Source of the DNA: an uncultured bacterium
GTDB taxonomy: Bacteria; Verrucomicrobiota; Verrucomicrobiia; Verrucomicrobiales; Akkermansiaceae
DNA length: 64,000 nucleotides
Assembly (NCBI GenBank): GCA_945947905.1
Contig: CAMEZO010000002.1
Span: forward strand, 1,871-65,870
Direction: 5' to 3'
Shown here: positions 16,764 to 24,848 of the stretch, in pieces
How positions within the stretch are numbered: position 1 is the stretch's first letter
Layout of the letters: each line of letters begins with the position of its first letter
Made by a program: the position numbers and the translations under genes
Notes under the pieces: generated by a model
Told to the model about the DNA's origin: nothing
What the model saw: only the letters and a program-made list of their open reading frames with translations
Database searches by the model: none

Positions 16764-19700
16764 CGGAGGAGCAGCCCCTTGCCGAGGCCCCGACGGCGGA
16801 GGAGGATCTCTACAGCCGCCCCCGGTCCCATACCCCCGCCGCCGACCCGCAGGCGGCCGAGGCCGATATGCCCGCCACGACGGAGGAGGAGAAGGAGCGC
16901 TACTGGCAGCGCGTGCTGACCGGTAACCCCGAAACCGTGCCCGCCGATGTCATTCGGCAGGCCTGCGCCGATGACCCCGCCGTCCCGGAGGAAGAGAATA
17001 CCTATGACCTCCTCACCGGCATCAACCGCTCCTGGTATGCCGACCACCACCCCGAAGAGAGCCGGGAGGAGCTGCTCCTGCGCTGGGCGGATGTGCGCCG
17101 CTCCCTGGCCGAGGAGCTGAACGTGGCCAACGACGAGCGCGAGGTCTTCACCGCCCTGGCCGACGAAAAGCCGATGGAGGAGCGCCGCCGTCTGGCCCGC
17201 GAGACCTACGGCCGCGCCTACCTGGCCGCTCTGCACGGCGAGGCCCGTCCCGAGCCGTCCCCCGGGGTCAGCCCCGAGGACCGGGAGCACCTGCAGAACA
17301 TCTGCCGCCGCGCCGAGCAGGATGCCGAGGAAAAGATGGCCCGCGTGCGCCCGCTGGTGGATGTGGTGGCCGACGGTATGGACGCCTTCATCGCCACGGA
17401 GCAGGAGGTGGCCCCCCCGCTGAGCCTGCGCGTCTACGGCGACAAGATGCGCCTGATGGAGGCCTGCTACCGCCTGGCCGAGATGCCGCAGGAGGACCGC
17501 GAGCTGCTGTACTATATGGCAGCGGACAAACTGCGGAAGCGCGTGAAGCCCGACTCCGCCGAGCCGGAGGGCTTCCTCTCCGCCGCCGCGCGCGCCTACA
17601 GACGCGGGTTTACGGACATCGGCACGGGGCTGGCGCAGGGCCTGGGGCACATCGGTGTGGCTACGGGGCGCAGGCTGGGCCATTTCCTGGACCTGCCCTC
17701 GGTGAACGCCGCGGCGGATACGGCGGAGGGCGGACTGCGCGTGTTGGATGAGATACGCGAGGCCGCCCAGCAGGATGTGCTGCCGCTGGACCTAGGCGAG
17801 GGGGCCGGCCTGGCAGAGCAGTACTTTGTGGAGGCCATGGGCAATGTGCCCGCCGCCGCTCTGGCCCTGTGCGGGGGCGTGGGCTTCGGGGTGCTGGGGC
17901 TCAGCGGCATGGGGCAGAGCGTGTCCGAGGCCCGCCGCCGCGCGCCGGAGAACAGCCAGGAGCTGCAACTGGCGGCCGGTGCGGTGGGCGGGTGTGTGCA
18001 GGCCGGTATCTGCGCCCTCATGGGCCGGGTGGGCGGCAAGCTGCTGGAGCAGAACCTCACCGCCTTTGCCCGCGCCCACGGACGGGGCATCGGGGCGTAT
18101 TCCCTGGCGGCCCTGCGCACCTCCGGCGGGGTCGCGGCAGAGGGCGGCAAGATGCTTGCAGCCGTCCGCTTGGGGCAGGCGGCGGAGCAGGGGGCGCAGG
18201 AGCTGGCCGCGCAGGCGGAGCAGCGGGCCTCAAATATCAACTGGCAGGAGTTCGGGGACAACCTCACGGACATCGAGGCCAACATGCGGGAGGCCGCCGT
18301 GAACCTGCCCTTCGTGCTCATGGGGGCCGGCAAGGCCTCGCTGCATCACTTCCGCTGCCGCCGCCAGCTTCTGGACCCGCAGGGCGGCGCCGGGGAATGG
18401 GGGCTGAAGCCGGAGGAGCTCGCCCGCATCGCCGCCGAGCCGGATGCCCTGCGCAGCAGCGAGATGATGCGCGAGGCCATCCGCAGGACCCCGCGTTGGA
18501 ACTCCGCGCAGAAGCTGCTGCCGCTGGCACGCCGCGCGCTCAACCTGCTCAATACGCAGCAATTTCGCCCCGCTTACAGCACGGGCGAGCTCTGCGATTT
18601 CTTGGGGATGCCCGCCTCCTTCGGGGAAGGGGTGAACCCCGCCGCCCCGGCGCCGGCGCGCCGCAGTCTGTCCGCCCGCTTGGCGCAGAATGATGAATGG
18701 ACCGCCCTCGCCCGGCCCGGGGAGGCCCTGCACCTTCCCGCCCAACTGCCGCCGCCGGAGAAGCCCCGTGCGTGCGAGGCTGCCGTGAAGCTGGCCGCGG
18801 AGGACCTGCAGATGCTCGCTTACCGCCGTATCCTGGGCGCCCAGGCGGACGGGGAGCTGGCCGCGGGAGAGGCCGCCGCCGGGAAGTCCGAGCTGATGCG
18901 GCGCGAGCTGCCGGATGCCGTGAGCCGCGCGCTGGTGCGCTGTGCGCAGGGGGAGCTGCCCGCCTATGCCCTGCGGGATCTGGAGGGCGAGCTGCTGGGG
19001 GAGCCTTCCGGCTTGCATCCCACCGCCCGCCGCTACCTGCTCCGGCGCATGGCGGCCTACTCGGACTTTGCGGCCACGGGGGCGGAGCCGCAGATGGCCA
19101 AGCAACTGGCCGTGCTGGGCGCGCGCCGCTGGGCGGAGTCGCTCTACTACCTGCTGCCGCGTTGCCCGGCGTTTCAGGAGCTGCTGGTCAGCGGTCGCTC
19201 GCCCGCGCAGGCTTTCGCGGAGCTCTCGCAGCGTTACCTCGGCAGTGCTGCCTGCGAGGTGCCGCCGCCGGCGGAGTCGAATGCCGCCGTCTTTGCGCGC
19301 TATGCCGCGCTGACCGGTAACAAGGTGGAGAGTGCCACGGGGCCGGACGGCGTGACGCGCCTGCGCGCTCGGCGTCCGGATGGTCGCTACACGCCCTGGC
19401 ACAGCACGCAGGAGCAGGTGATGAACGATGTCGCGGGCCACGCAGCGCTGATGTTCGGCGGTTATATGAGCACCGGGGGCATGGCGAACATGCGGCCCCG
19501 CGTCTTCTCCCGCTTCGATCAGCTGGGGGCGCTGGCGGTGCACGACCTGTACGGGGCGTGGTTCGGCAGCGCCACGGGGTGGGTGCCGGGCTTGCAGATC
19601 GAGCGGCTCCGGCACTCCATGCGCGGTGCCTGGCGCGGGGATGGCATCACGCCCGTCCTGCTGAAGGAGGCGCGCGGACCGCAGCAGTACACGGCGGAGC

Positions 19701-21652
19701 TCTATTCCGTCGTCAATCCCGTCTCGATGCTGCAGGCGCGCCTGGCTGCTTACTGGCGCGGGCAGATAGAGGGCGGCCACACCACCGCGGAGCAGGTCAT
19801 GGACTTCCTCGCGGCGCACGACCGCCTCACCCCGGAGGAGCGCGCGTCCACGGAGGCTATCGCGGCCCTCCGTTTCCGGCGCGAGCCGGGGGGACCGCGC
19901 ATCATGCTCCCGCGCGATTTCCCCGGTATGTACAACGAGGTCGCGGGGCGCATGGCGGAGTATATGACGGAGTACCTGGTGCAGAACCCGGACGCCGTGC
20001 CCCTGCCGGGGTCCGTGCGCCGTTGGCTGGATTACGCTCCCTTCATGCCCCCGGAGAAGCCCGCCGGGGTGACGGCCGATCACAGGAGCCGCGAGGTGGG
20101 GGAGAAGATGGAGCTGCTGGGCGTAGACTCCAACCGCCTGGCGGCCCGGAAGGTGCAGGGCTGGGCAGGGCGCGCGGAGGCTCTGCGCCGCGAGGTATCG
20201 GCGGAGGATGCGGCCTTCTTCCGGCAGCATCTGCAGGGGGCGTTCACGCTGCCGCCGGCGCAGCAGCTGGAGCAGGGCTGGGCTTACCGCTTGGGCGGGG
20301 AGCAGGCTGCCATGGCGACGGGCAGTACCCTGCGGCGCTTGCTGACGGACCCGGGGCGGGAGCTGCCCCGCCTCTCGGCGGAGGATTCGGAGCACCTCCT
20401 CCCCATGGCGGAGTCCGTGGTGCGGGCTTTCCCGACGCTCGCCGCAGAGGGCTCCGCACCGCAGGGGGCCGTGGGGCAGGCGCTGGGCAATCTGGCGGCG
20501 GTGCTGGCCGAGCACCCGGAGCTGCATGAGTACGCGCCGGCGCAGGAGCACTTCCGCGTGCACCGTATGCAGGTGCGGGATCTGCCGCCGGCGCAGGACC
20601 CCGGTACCTTCGCTACCTGGGCTACCCGGCCCGCAGGGATGAAGCCCGGTTATGCGCTGGAGGAGAACATTCCCATGCCGGAGTGGATGCGGCAGGACCC
20701 GCGGGCCATCCCGGCGCTTCATACCATGCACGCCCTGCGGATGATGACGGCGGACGGGCCGGTCTATACGCCCATGGGTATCCTGACGCCGCAGGGCTTT
20801 GTGGGCGGGCGCTACGGGCAGAATCCCGCCCCGCTTCGGGGCTGGCGCTCGCGCCCCGCGCTGGAGAATATCCTGCGCATCCTGGATGAGGCGTACGCCA
20901 CCGGCGGCGGGGAGCCCGTGCCCGTCTGCGGAGTGCGGCTGCGGGGGCTTAACCTCGCGGAGCTGGACCTGCGGCCTCTGCGGGACATCACGGTCTACAG
21001 CAGCCCGGAGACTTCGGGCGGTTGCTACCGCTTGATGCCGGGGAACCCGGAGATGCCGTCGCTGAAGGTCGCGGAGCCTTACCTCGTCAAGAGTTTCGAC
21101 GGTATCCTGTGCCGGGGTATCGGCGGCATCCCGGCCAAGGAGCTGCGCGAGTCGGCCCCGGCGCCGGAGTCGTACGCCGTGCCGCTGCGCGGGTTTGTGC
21201 GCACGCGTTTTCAGCCCTGCTCGGAGTACATGGCCTACGAGAATACCCTGGCGGCTACCACCCGCGCGGTGGATGAGATGCTGGCCCTGGGGGAGCGCTG
21301 TTACTTGGCCCCGCCGGATGCCTACCTGCGCTTCGCCTTGCAGGAGGGCATCTGCCGCCTGTGCGAGGATACGGGCTTCTCGTACTTCCTGGAGGGGCAG
21401 GGGGTGCAGGAGCTCTCGCCCGGGCAGGCGCGCGCCGTGGCCTGGGTGCGTACCATGGTGGCGGCTCTCGGCGACCCGTCGGAGGAGTCGTTCAATGCCT
21501 TCGCGCAGGCTTGCCGCAGCATCAGTGCCGATGAGGCGCTGCGGAAGCAGATGGTGGAGGTGTTCAACTGTGAGCGCGACCCCGCAGACCCGCCGCCTCC
21601 GCGTAAGCGTACCCGTAAGAAGAACCCGGATAACATTAACATGCTCTGGTGA
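16760..21652 (+). CDS. Large (1630 aa) phage-derived protein, ejection/DNA-transfer-protein-like
   Basis: ATG 16760 overlaps the upstream stop (ATGA), RBS GAAAGGAG. Central Gly/Ala-rich hydrophobic helices (AALALCGGVGFGVLGLSGMG). No catalytic motif recognised. Confidence 0.6.
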   Translation: MTEEQPLAEAPTAEEDLYSRPRSHTPAADPQAAEADMPATTEEEKERYWQRVLTGNPETVPADVIRQACADDPAVPEEENTYDLLTGINRSWYADHHPEESREELLLRWADVRRSLAEELNVANDEREVFTALADEKPMEERRRLARETYGRAYLAALHGEARPEPSPGVSPEDREHLQNICRRAEQDAEEKMARVRPLVDVVADGMDAFIATEQEVAPPLSLRVYGDKMRLMEACYRLAEMPQEDRELLYYMAADKLRKRVKPDSAEPEGFLSAAARAYRRGFTDIGTGLAQGLGHIGVATGRRLGHFLDLPSVNAAADTAEGGLRVLDEIREAAQQDVLPLDLGEGAGLAEQYFVEAMGNVPAAALALCGGVGFGVLGLSGMGQSVSEARRRAPENSQELQLAAGAVGGCVQAGICALMGRVGGKLLEQNLTAFARAHGRGIGAYSLAALRTSGGVAAEGGKMLAAVRLGQAAEQGAQELAAQAEQRASNINWQEFGDNLTDIEANMREAAVNLPFVLMGAGKASLHHFRCRRQLLDPQGGAGEWGLKPEELARIAAEPDALRSSEMMREAIRRTPRWNSAQKLLPLARRALNLLNTQQFRPAYSTGELCDFLGMPASFGEGVNPAAPAPARRSLSARLAQNDEWTALARPGEALHLPAQLPPPEKPRACEAAVKLAAEDLQMLAYRRILGAQADGELAAGEAAAGKSELMRRELPDAVSRALVRCAQGELPAYALRDLEGELLGEPSGLHPTARRYLLRRMAAYSDFAATGAEPQMAKQLAVLGARRWAESLYYLLPRCPAFQELLVSGRSPAQAFAELSQRYLGSAACEVPPPAESNAAVFARYAALTGNKVESATGPDGVTRLRARRPDGRYTPWHSTQEQVMNDVAGHAALMFGGYMSTGGMANMRPRVFSRFDQLGALAVHDLYGAWFGSATGWVPGLQIERLRHSMRGAWRGDGITPVLLKEARGPQQYTAELYSVVNPVSMLQARLAAYWRGQIEGGHTTAEQVMDFLAAHDRLTPEERASTEAIAALRFRREPGGPRIMLPRDFPGMYNEVAGRMAEYMTEYLVQNPDAVPLPGSVRRWLDYAPFMPPEKPAGVTADHRSREVGEKMELLGVDSNRLAARKVQGWAGRAEALRREVSAEDAAFFRQHLQGAFTLPPAQQLEQGWAYRLGGEQAAMATGSTLRRLLTDPGRELPRLSAEDSEHLLPMAESVVRAFPTLAAEGSAPQGAVGQALGNLAAVLAEHPELHEYAPAQEHFRVHRMQVRDLPPAQDPGTFATWATRPAGMKPGYALEENIPMPEWMRQDPRAIPALHTMHALRMMTADGPVYTPMGILTPQGFVGGRYGQNPAPLRGWRSRPALENILRILDEAYATGGGEPVPVCGVRLRGLNLAELDLRPLRDITVYSSPETSGGCYRLMPGNPEMPSLKVAEPYLVKSFDGILCRGIGGIPAKELRESAPAPESYAVPLRGFVRTRFQPCSEYMAYENTLAATTRAVDEMLALGERCYLAPPDAYLRFALQEGICRLCEDTGFSYFLEGQGVQELSPGQARAVAWVRTMVAALGDPSEESFNAFAQACRSISADEALRKQMVEVFNCERDPADPPPPRKRTRKKNPDNINMLW

Positions 21653-23247
21653 TGGATAAGCGGGCTCCCATTCGCCGCAGGCTGAACTCGCCCCTGTGGC
21701 GGCTCAATCACCTGTATTGGATCGAGAATAAGCAGGGGCAGGTGCAGCGTTTCACCATGAATGCCGCGCAGCTCCGCCTGCATCGCAACCTCTGGTCTCG
21801 CAATGCCGTGCTCAAGGCGCGTCAGTTGGGTATCTCCACCTATGTGGCGCTCTTCATGTTGGATTCCTGCCTCTTCACCCCGGGCTTTCACGCCGGTATC
21901 GTGGATAAAACGCTGCCGGATGCCGAGTTGAAGCTGGAGAAGATCCGCTTTGCCTGGGAGCACCTGGACTACCTGCCGCCGGGGGCGGGGGCGCAGGAGC
22001 GTTCGCTGGCCTACCTGGGCAGGGTGGTGAAGCGGGGCACCGGCCTGCTGCGCAGCGGGGCGGAGGTGCTGCCGGCGGATGCCCGCGAGCGTCTGGCGTT
22101 CTCCAACGGCAGCGATGTGCGCCTGGGTACCACCATGCGCGGCGGTACGCTCAACCTGCTGCATGTCTCGGAGCTGGCCCACACCTCCGTGCACGCCCCG
22201 TGGCGTGCGCGCGAGGTGCTGACGGGCGCGGTGAACAGCGTGCCGCTCTCCGGGCGCGTGATCCTGGAGAGTACGCACGAGGGCGGGCGCTACGGGGTGA
22301 ACTATGAGCTGATGCTGCAGGCGATGGAGAACCGCGCCCACCGGGTGCTCTCGCCGCTGGATTTCCGCTTCTTTTTCTTCGGGTGGTTTGATAACCCGGA
22401 GTACGCTCTGCCCGGGGCGCTGCCGGCGGGGGATGCGCTGCATGCGTACTTCGCCGGGCTGGCGGAGCAGGGGATCTGTCTGTCGCAGGCGCAGCAGGTG
22501 TGGTATGCCCGTATGGCGCGCACTATGGGGGGCGCTATGCGGCAGGAGTACCCTTCCTCGCCGGAGGAGGCGTTCAGCGTCGGTAATGAGGGTGCCATCT
22601 ACGCCGCGCAGCTCATGCGCCTGCGGGAGTCCGGGCGCATCGGGGCGGATTTCGCGGTGCATCCCTTCGCGCCGCTCTACACGGCCTGGGACCTGGGGAT
22701 GAGCGACCACACGGCTATCTGGCTCGTGCAGGCCATCGGGGGGCAGGTCTACTGGCTGCACCACTACGCGGCCAATCAGCTGCCCGTGGAGCACTATGCC
22801 GCCAAGATCCGCGAGTGGGAGCAGTCCTACGGCCGCTGCGAGGCGCACTTCCTGCCGCATGATGCCGCCCACCGCGACCCGCACGGGCAGTCCTATGTGG
22901 AGTGCCTGGCGCGGCTCGGGATCACAGCGGTGCGGGTGGTGCCGCGTACCACGGATGTGTGGCGCGGTATCAATGACCTGCGCCGCCTGCTGGTGAACAG
23001 CTGGTTCCACCGGAACACGTTGGAGGAGCGCTCCGACCCGGCCGGCCGCCGCGTGCCTTCCGGGCTCGCCTGCCTGGAGAATTACCGCACCGCGCCCCCC
23101 TCGCCCTCCGGTTCCTTCCGCGAGGCTCCCCTGCACAATGAGTTCTCCCACAGCGCCGACGCCGCCCGCACCTTCGCCGAGGCCGCCTCCCACGGCCTCC
23201 TCACCCCTCTCTCCTCCCGCCGCCCCTCCCTCGCTCGCATGCAGTGA
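21652..23247 (+). CDS. terL: Phage terminase large subunit
   Basis: RLNHLYWI N-terminus, Walker A LKARQLGIST, Walker B LHVSE, LESTHEG coupling motif, QEYP, nuclease AWDLGMSDHTAIW and HSADAAR. TGATG overlap with the upstream gene. Confidence 0.92.
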   Translation: MDKRAPIRRRLNSPLWRLNHLYWIENKQGQVQRFTMNAAQLRLHRNLWSRNAVLKARQLGISTYVALFMLDSCLFTPGFHAGIVDKTLPDAELKLEKIRFAWEHLDYLPPGAGAQERSLAYLGRVVKRGTGLLRSGAEVLPADARERLAFSNGSDVRLGTTMRGGTLNLLHVSELAHTSVHAPWRAREVLTGAVNSVPLSGRVILESTHEGGRYGVNYELMLQAMENRAHRVLSPLDFRFFFFGWFDNPEYALPGALPAGDALHAYFAGLAEQGICLSQAQQVWYARMARTMGGAMRQEYPSSPEEAFSVGNEGAIYAAQLMRLRESGRIGADFAVHPFAPLYTAWDLGMSDHTAIWLVQAIGGQVYWLHHYAANQLPVEHYAAKIREWEQSYGRCEAHFLPHDAAHRDPHGQSYVECLARLGITAVRVVPRTTDVWRGINDLRRLLVNSWFHRNTLEERSDPAGRRVPSGLACLENYRTAPPSPSGSFREAPLHNEFSHSADAARTFAEAASHGLLTPLSSRRPSLARMQ

Positions 23248-23286
23248 GGGCAGGGGCGCGAGGGCTTAACAGAGAGCGAAAAAAAA

Positions 23287-23669
23287 GCTGACCGCGGAAG
23301 GGAAGGTGCATCAGCAGAGCCGCGCGAGGGCGTATGAGAGACTTCACACCGCCGTGCTGATAGGAACCGAGAAGTTGCTGACCGCGAAAAAACAGACTTC
23401 ACGCCGCTGGGGTGGGAGAGAGCGAGAAGATGCTGACCGCGGAATAAAAGGAATTCTTGGAGAGTCGGTGGCCTGCATAGCTCGGTTCAGACTTCACGCC
23501 GCCGGGGTGGTAGGTCCCTTAGTTATTTTAATAAATAAATGATGCTGCCTACTATGACTTTGCTCTGAAGTCTTGCTGAAGTCCCGAAGGCCAATCAGTC
23601 TCCGAAAATTCCTTTTATTCCGCGGTCCTTTTCCACTCGCCCACGACAGATACAGCGGGATGAAGTCTC
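23287..23669. repeat. Composite palindromic repeat, copy 1 (left arm around the GxxExxY gene)
   Basis: Motif A CAGACTTCAYRCCGC at 23338, 23393, 23488 and inverted at 23655. Motif B GACCGCGGAATAAAAGGAATT at 23432 and inverted at ~23600-23627. Inverted core at 23508-23600. Confidence 0.9.
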
Positions 23670-23695
23670 CCATTCCCTCTGCCCGGCTCCGCTTA

Positions 23696-24127
23696 TTAAG
23701 GATGGGGGATTTGCTCACCGGCCGATTTTGCTGCACCTTTGGTACATACAACACGACGCCATTCGCAACCCCCTTGTTTGCCGAAATTGAACAGAAGCCC
23801 GACCTGTAAGTGACTTGCTTTAAGGTAGTTGTAAACCTGGTTCTTGTGGGCGTCAACGAGTTCAGAGACAGCCTTCAATTCAACAATGATCTTGTCGAAG
23901 CACACGAAATCCGCCTTGAATAAAGGCTCCAGAATGCTATCCTTGTAATGGATTTTCAACAAGGCCTCCCGCTGAAAGGGGATTCCCCTTGCCTTGAATT
24001 CACTGGCAAGCGCATGCTGGTACACAACCTCCGAAAAGCCATGTCCCAAGACTTCATATACCTCAAGAGCAGCCCCTATAATGGCACCGGTCATGCTTGA
24101 ATCAATGATTTTTGAGTACTTCGACAT
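23696..24127 (-). CDS. GxxExxY family protein (PD-(D/E)XK nuclease superfamily)
   Basis: GHGFSEVVYQHAL signature, ADFVCFDKIIVELKA (D...ExK), QVYNYLKA and GLLFNFG. Visibly AT-richer than the host genes. Confidence 0.92.
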   Translation of the reverse strand: MSKYSKIIDSSMTGAIIGAALEVYEVLGHGFSEVVYQHALASEFKARGIPFQREALLKIHYKDSILEPLFKADFVCFDKIIVELKAVSELVDAHKNQVYNYLKASHLQVGLLFNFGKQGGCEWRRVVCTKGAAKSAGEQIPHP

Positions 24128-24242
24128 GCCTCTATCTCATACTACAGTTCATTCCTCAAGTCAAGACCAAACCACCTTATTTCCCCTTTTTTTATCACTT
24201 ACCTACCATGCAGCCCCCTCTCCGCCCGTCTCCTCCAATACG

Positions 24243-24761
24243 GCGGCATGAAGTCTGTACTGAGCTATGCAGGCCACCGACTCTCCAAAAATTCCCTTTA
24301 TTCCGCGGTCATCCTCTTCTCGCTCTCTATTGTCACAGCGGCATGAAGTCTGCACCAAGCTATGCACGGTTCCGATTTTTTCCAAGCTCCCCCTTCATCC
24401 CGCTGTAGCTGTCGTGGGCGAGTGGAAAAGGACCGCGGAATGAAAGGAATTCTCGGAAACTGTCTATCATGCTATTCACAGTCAAGACGTCGGAGCATAT
24501 TCATTGTAGGTAGCTTCGGATTTTAATTAAAACAACTCAGGGACCTACCATCCCTGCGGCATGAAGTCTGCACCGAGCTATGCAGGCCATCGACTCTCCA
24601 AAAATTCCTTTTATTCCGCGGTCATCCTCTTCTCGCTCTCTATTGCCACAGCGGCATGAAGTCTGCAAGGAGCCAAGCATGTCAATCAGTTTCCGTATCC
24701 TTCCTGAAATTCTGCGTTCTGAAAACTTCAGCTCTCTCCCACCCCGGCGGTATGCAGTCTG
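24243..24761. repeat. Composite palindromic repeat, copy 2, plus an inner 95-bp tandem
   Basis: Inverted motif A at 24243, 24338, 24556, 24651, 24747 (95-96-bp steps within each run). Core at 24460-24550. 24393-24665 is the reverse complement of 23393-23665. Confidence 0.9.
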
Positions 24762-24789
24762 TTTTTTTCGGACGTTTTCAGAAATACGC

Positions 24790-24818
24790 TTGACTTTCTA
24801 CCCGTTTGAAGCTACAAT
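24790..24818 (+). promoter_or_regulatory. Promoter of the large PEP-CTERM gene
   Basis: TTGACT-17 nt-TACAAT. Confidence 0.7.
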
Positions 24819-24848
24819 TTCCACGGCCCATTGTGGCCTGATGTCGTC

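Noticed and set aside
13391-24761. A complete prophage or one integrated element spanning origin, terminase and GxxExxY
   Set aside because: No integrase, att repeats, capsid, portal, tail or lysis genes are visible, and a host-type nucleotidase gene interrupts the region. The parts are reported separately.
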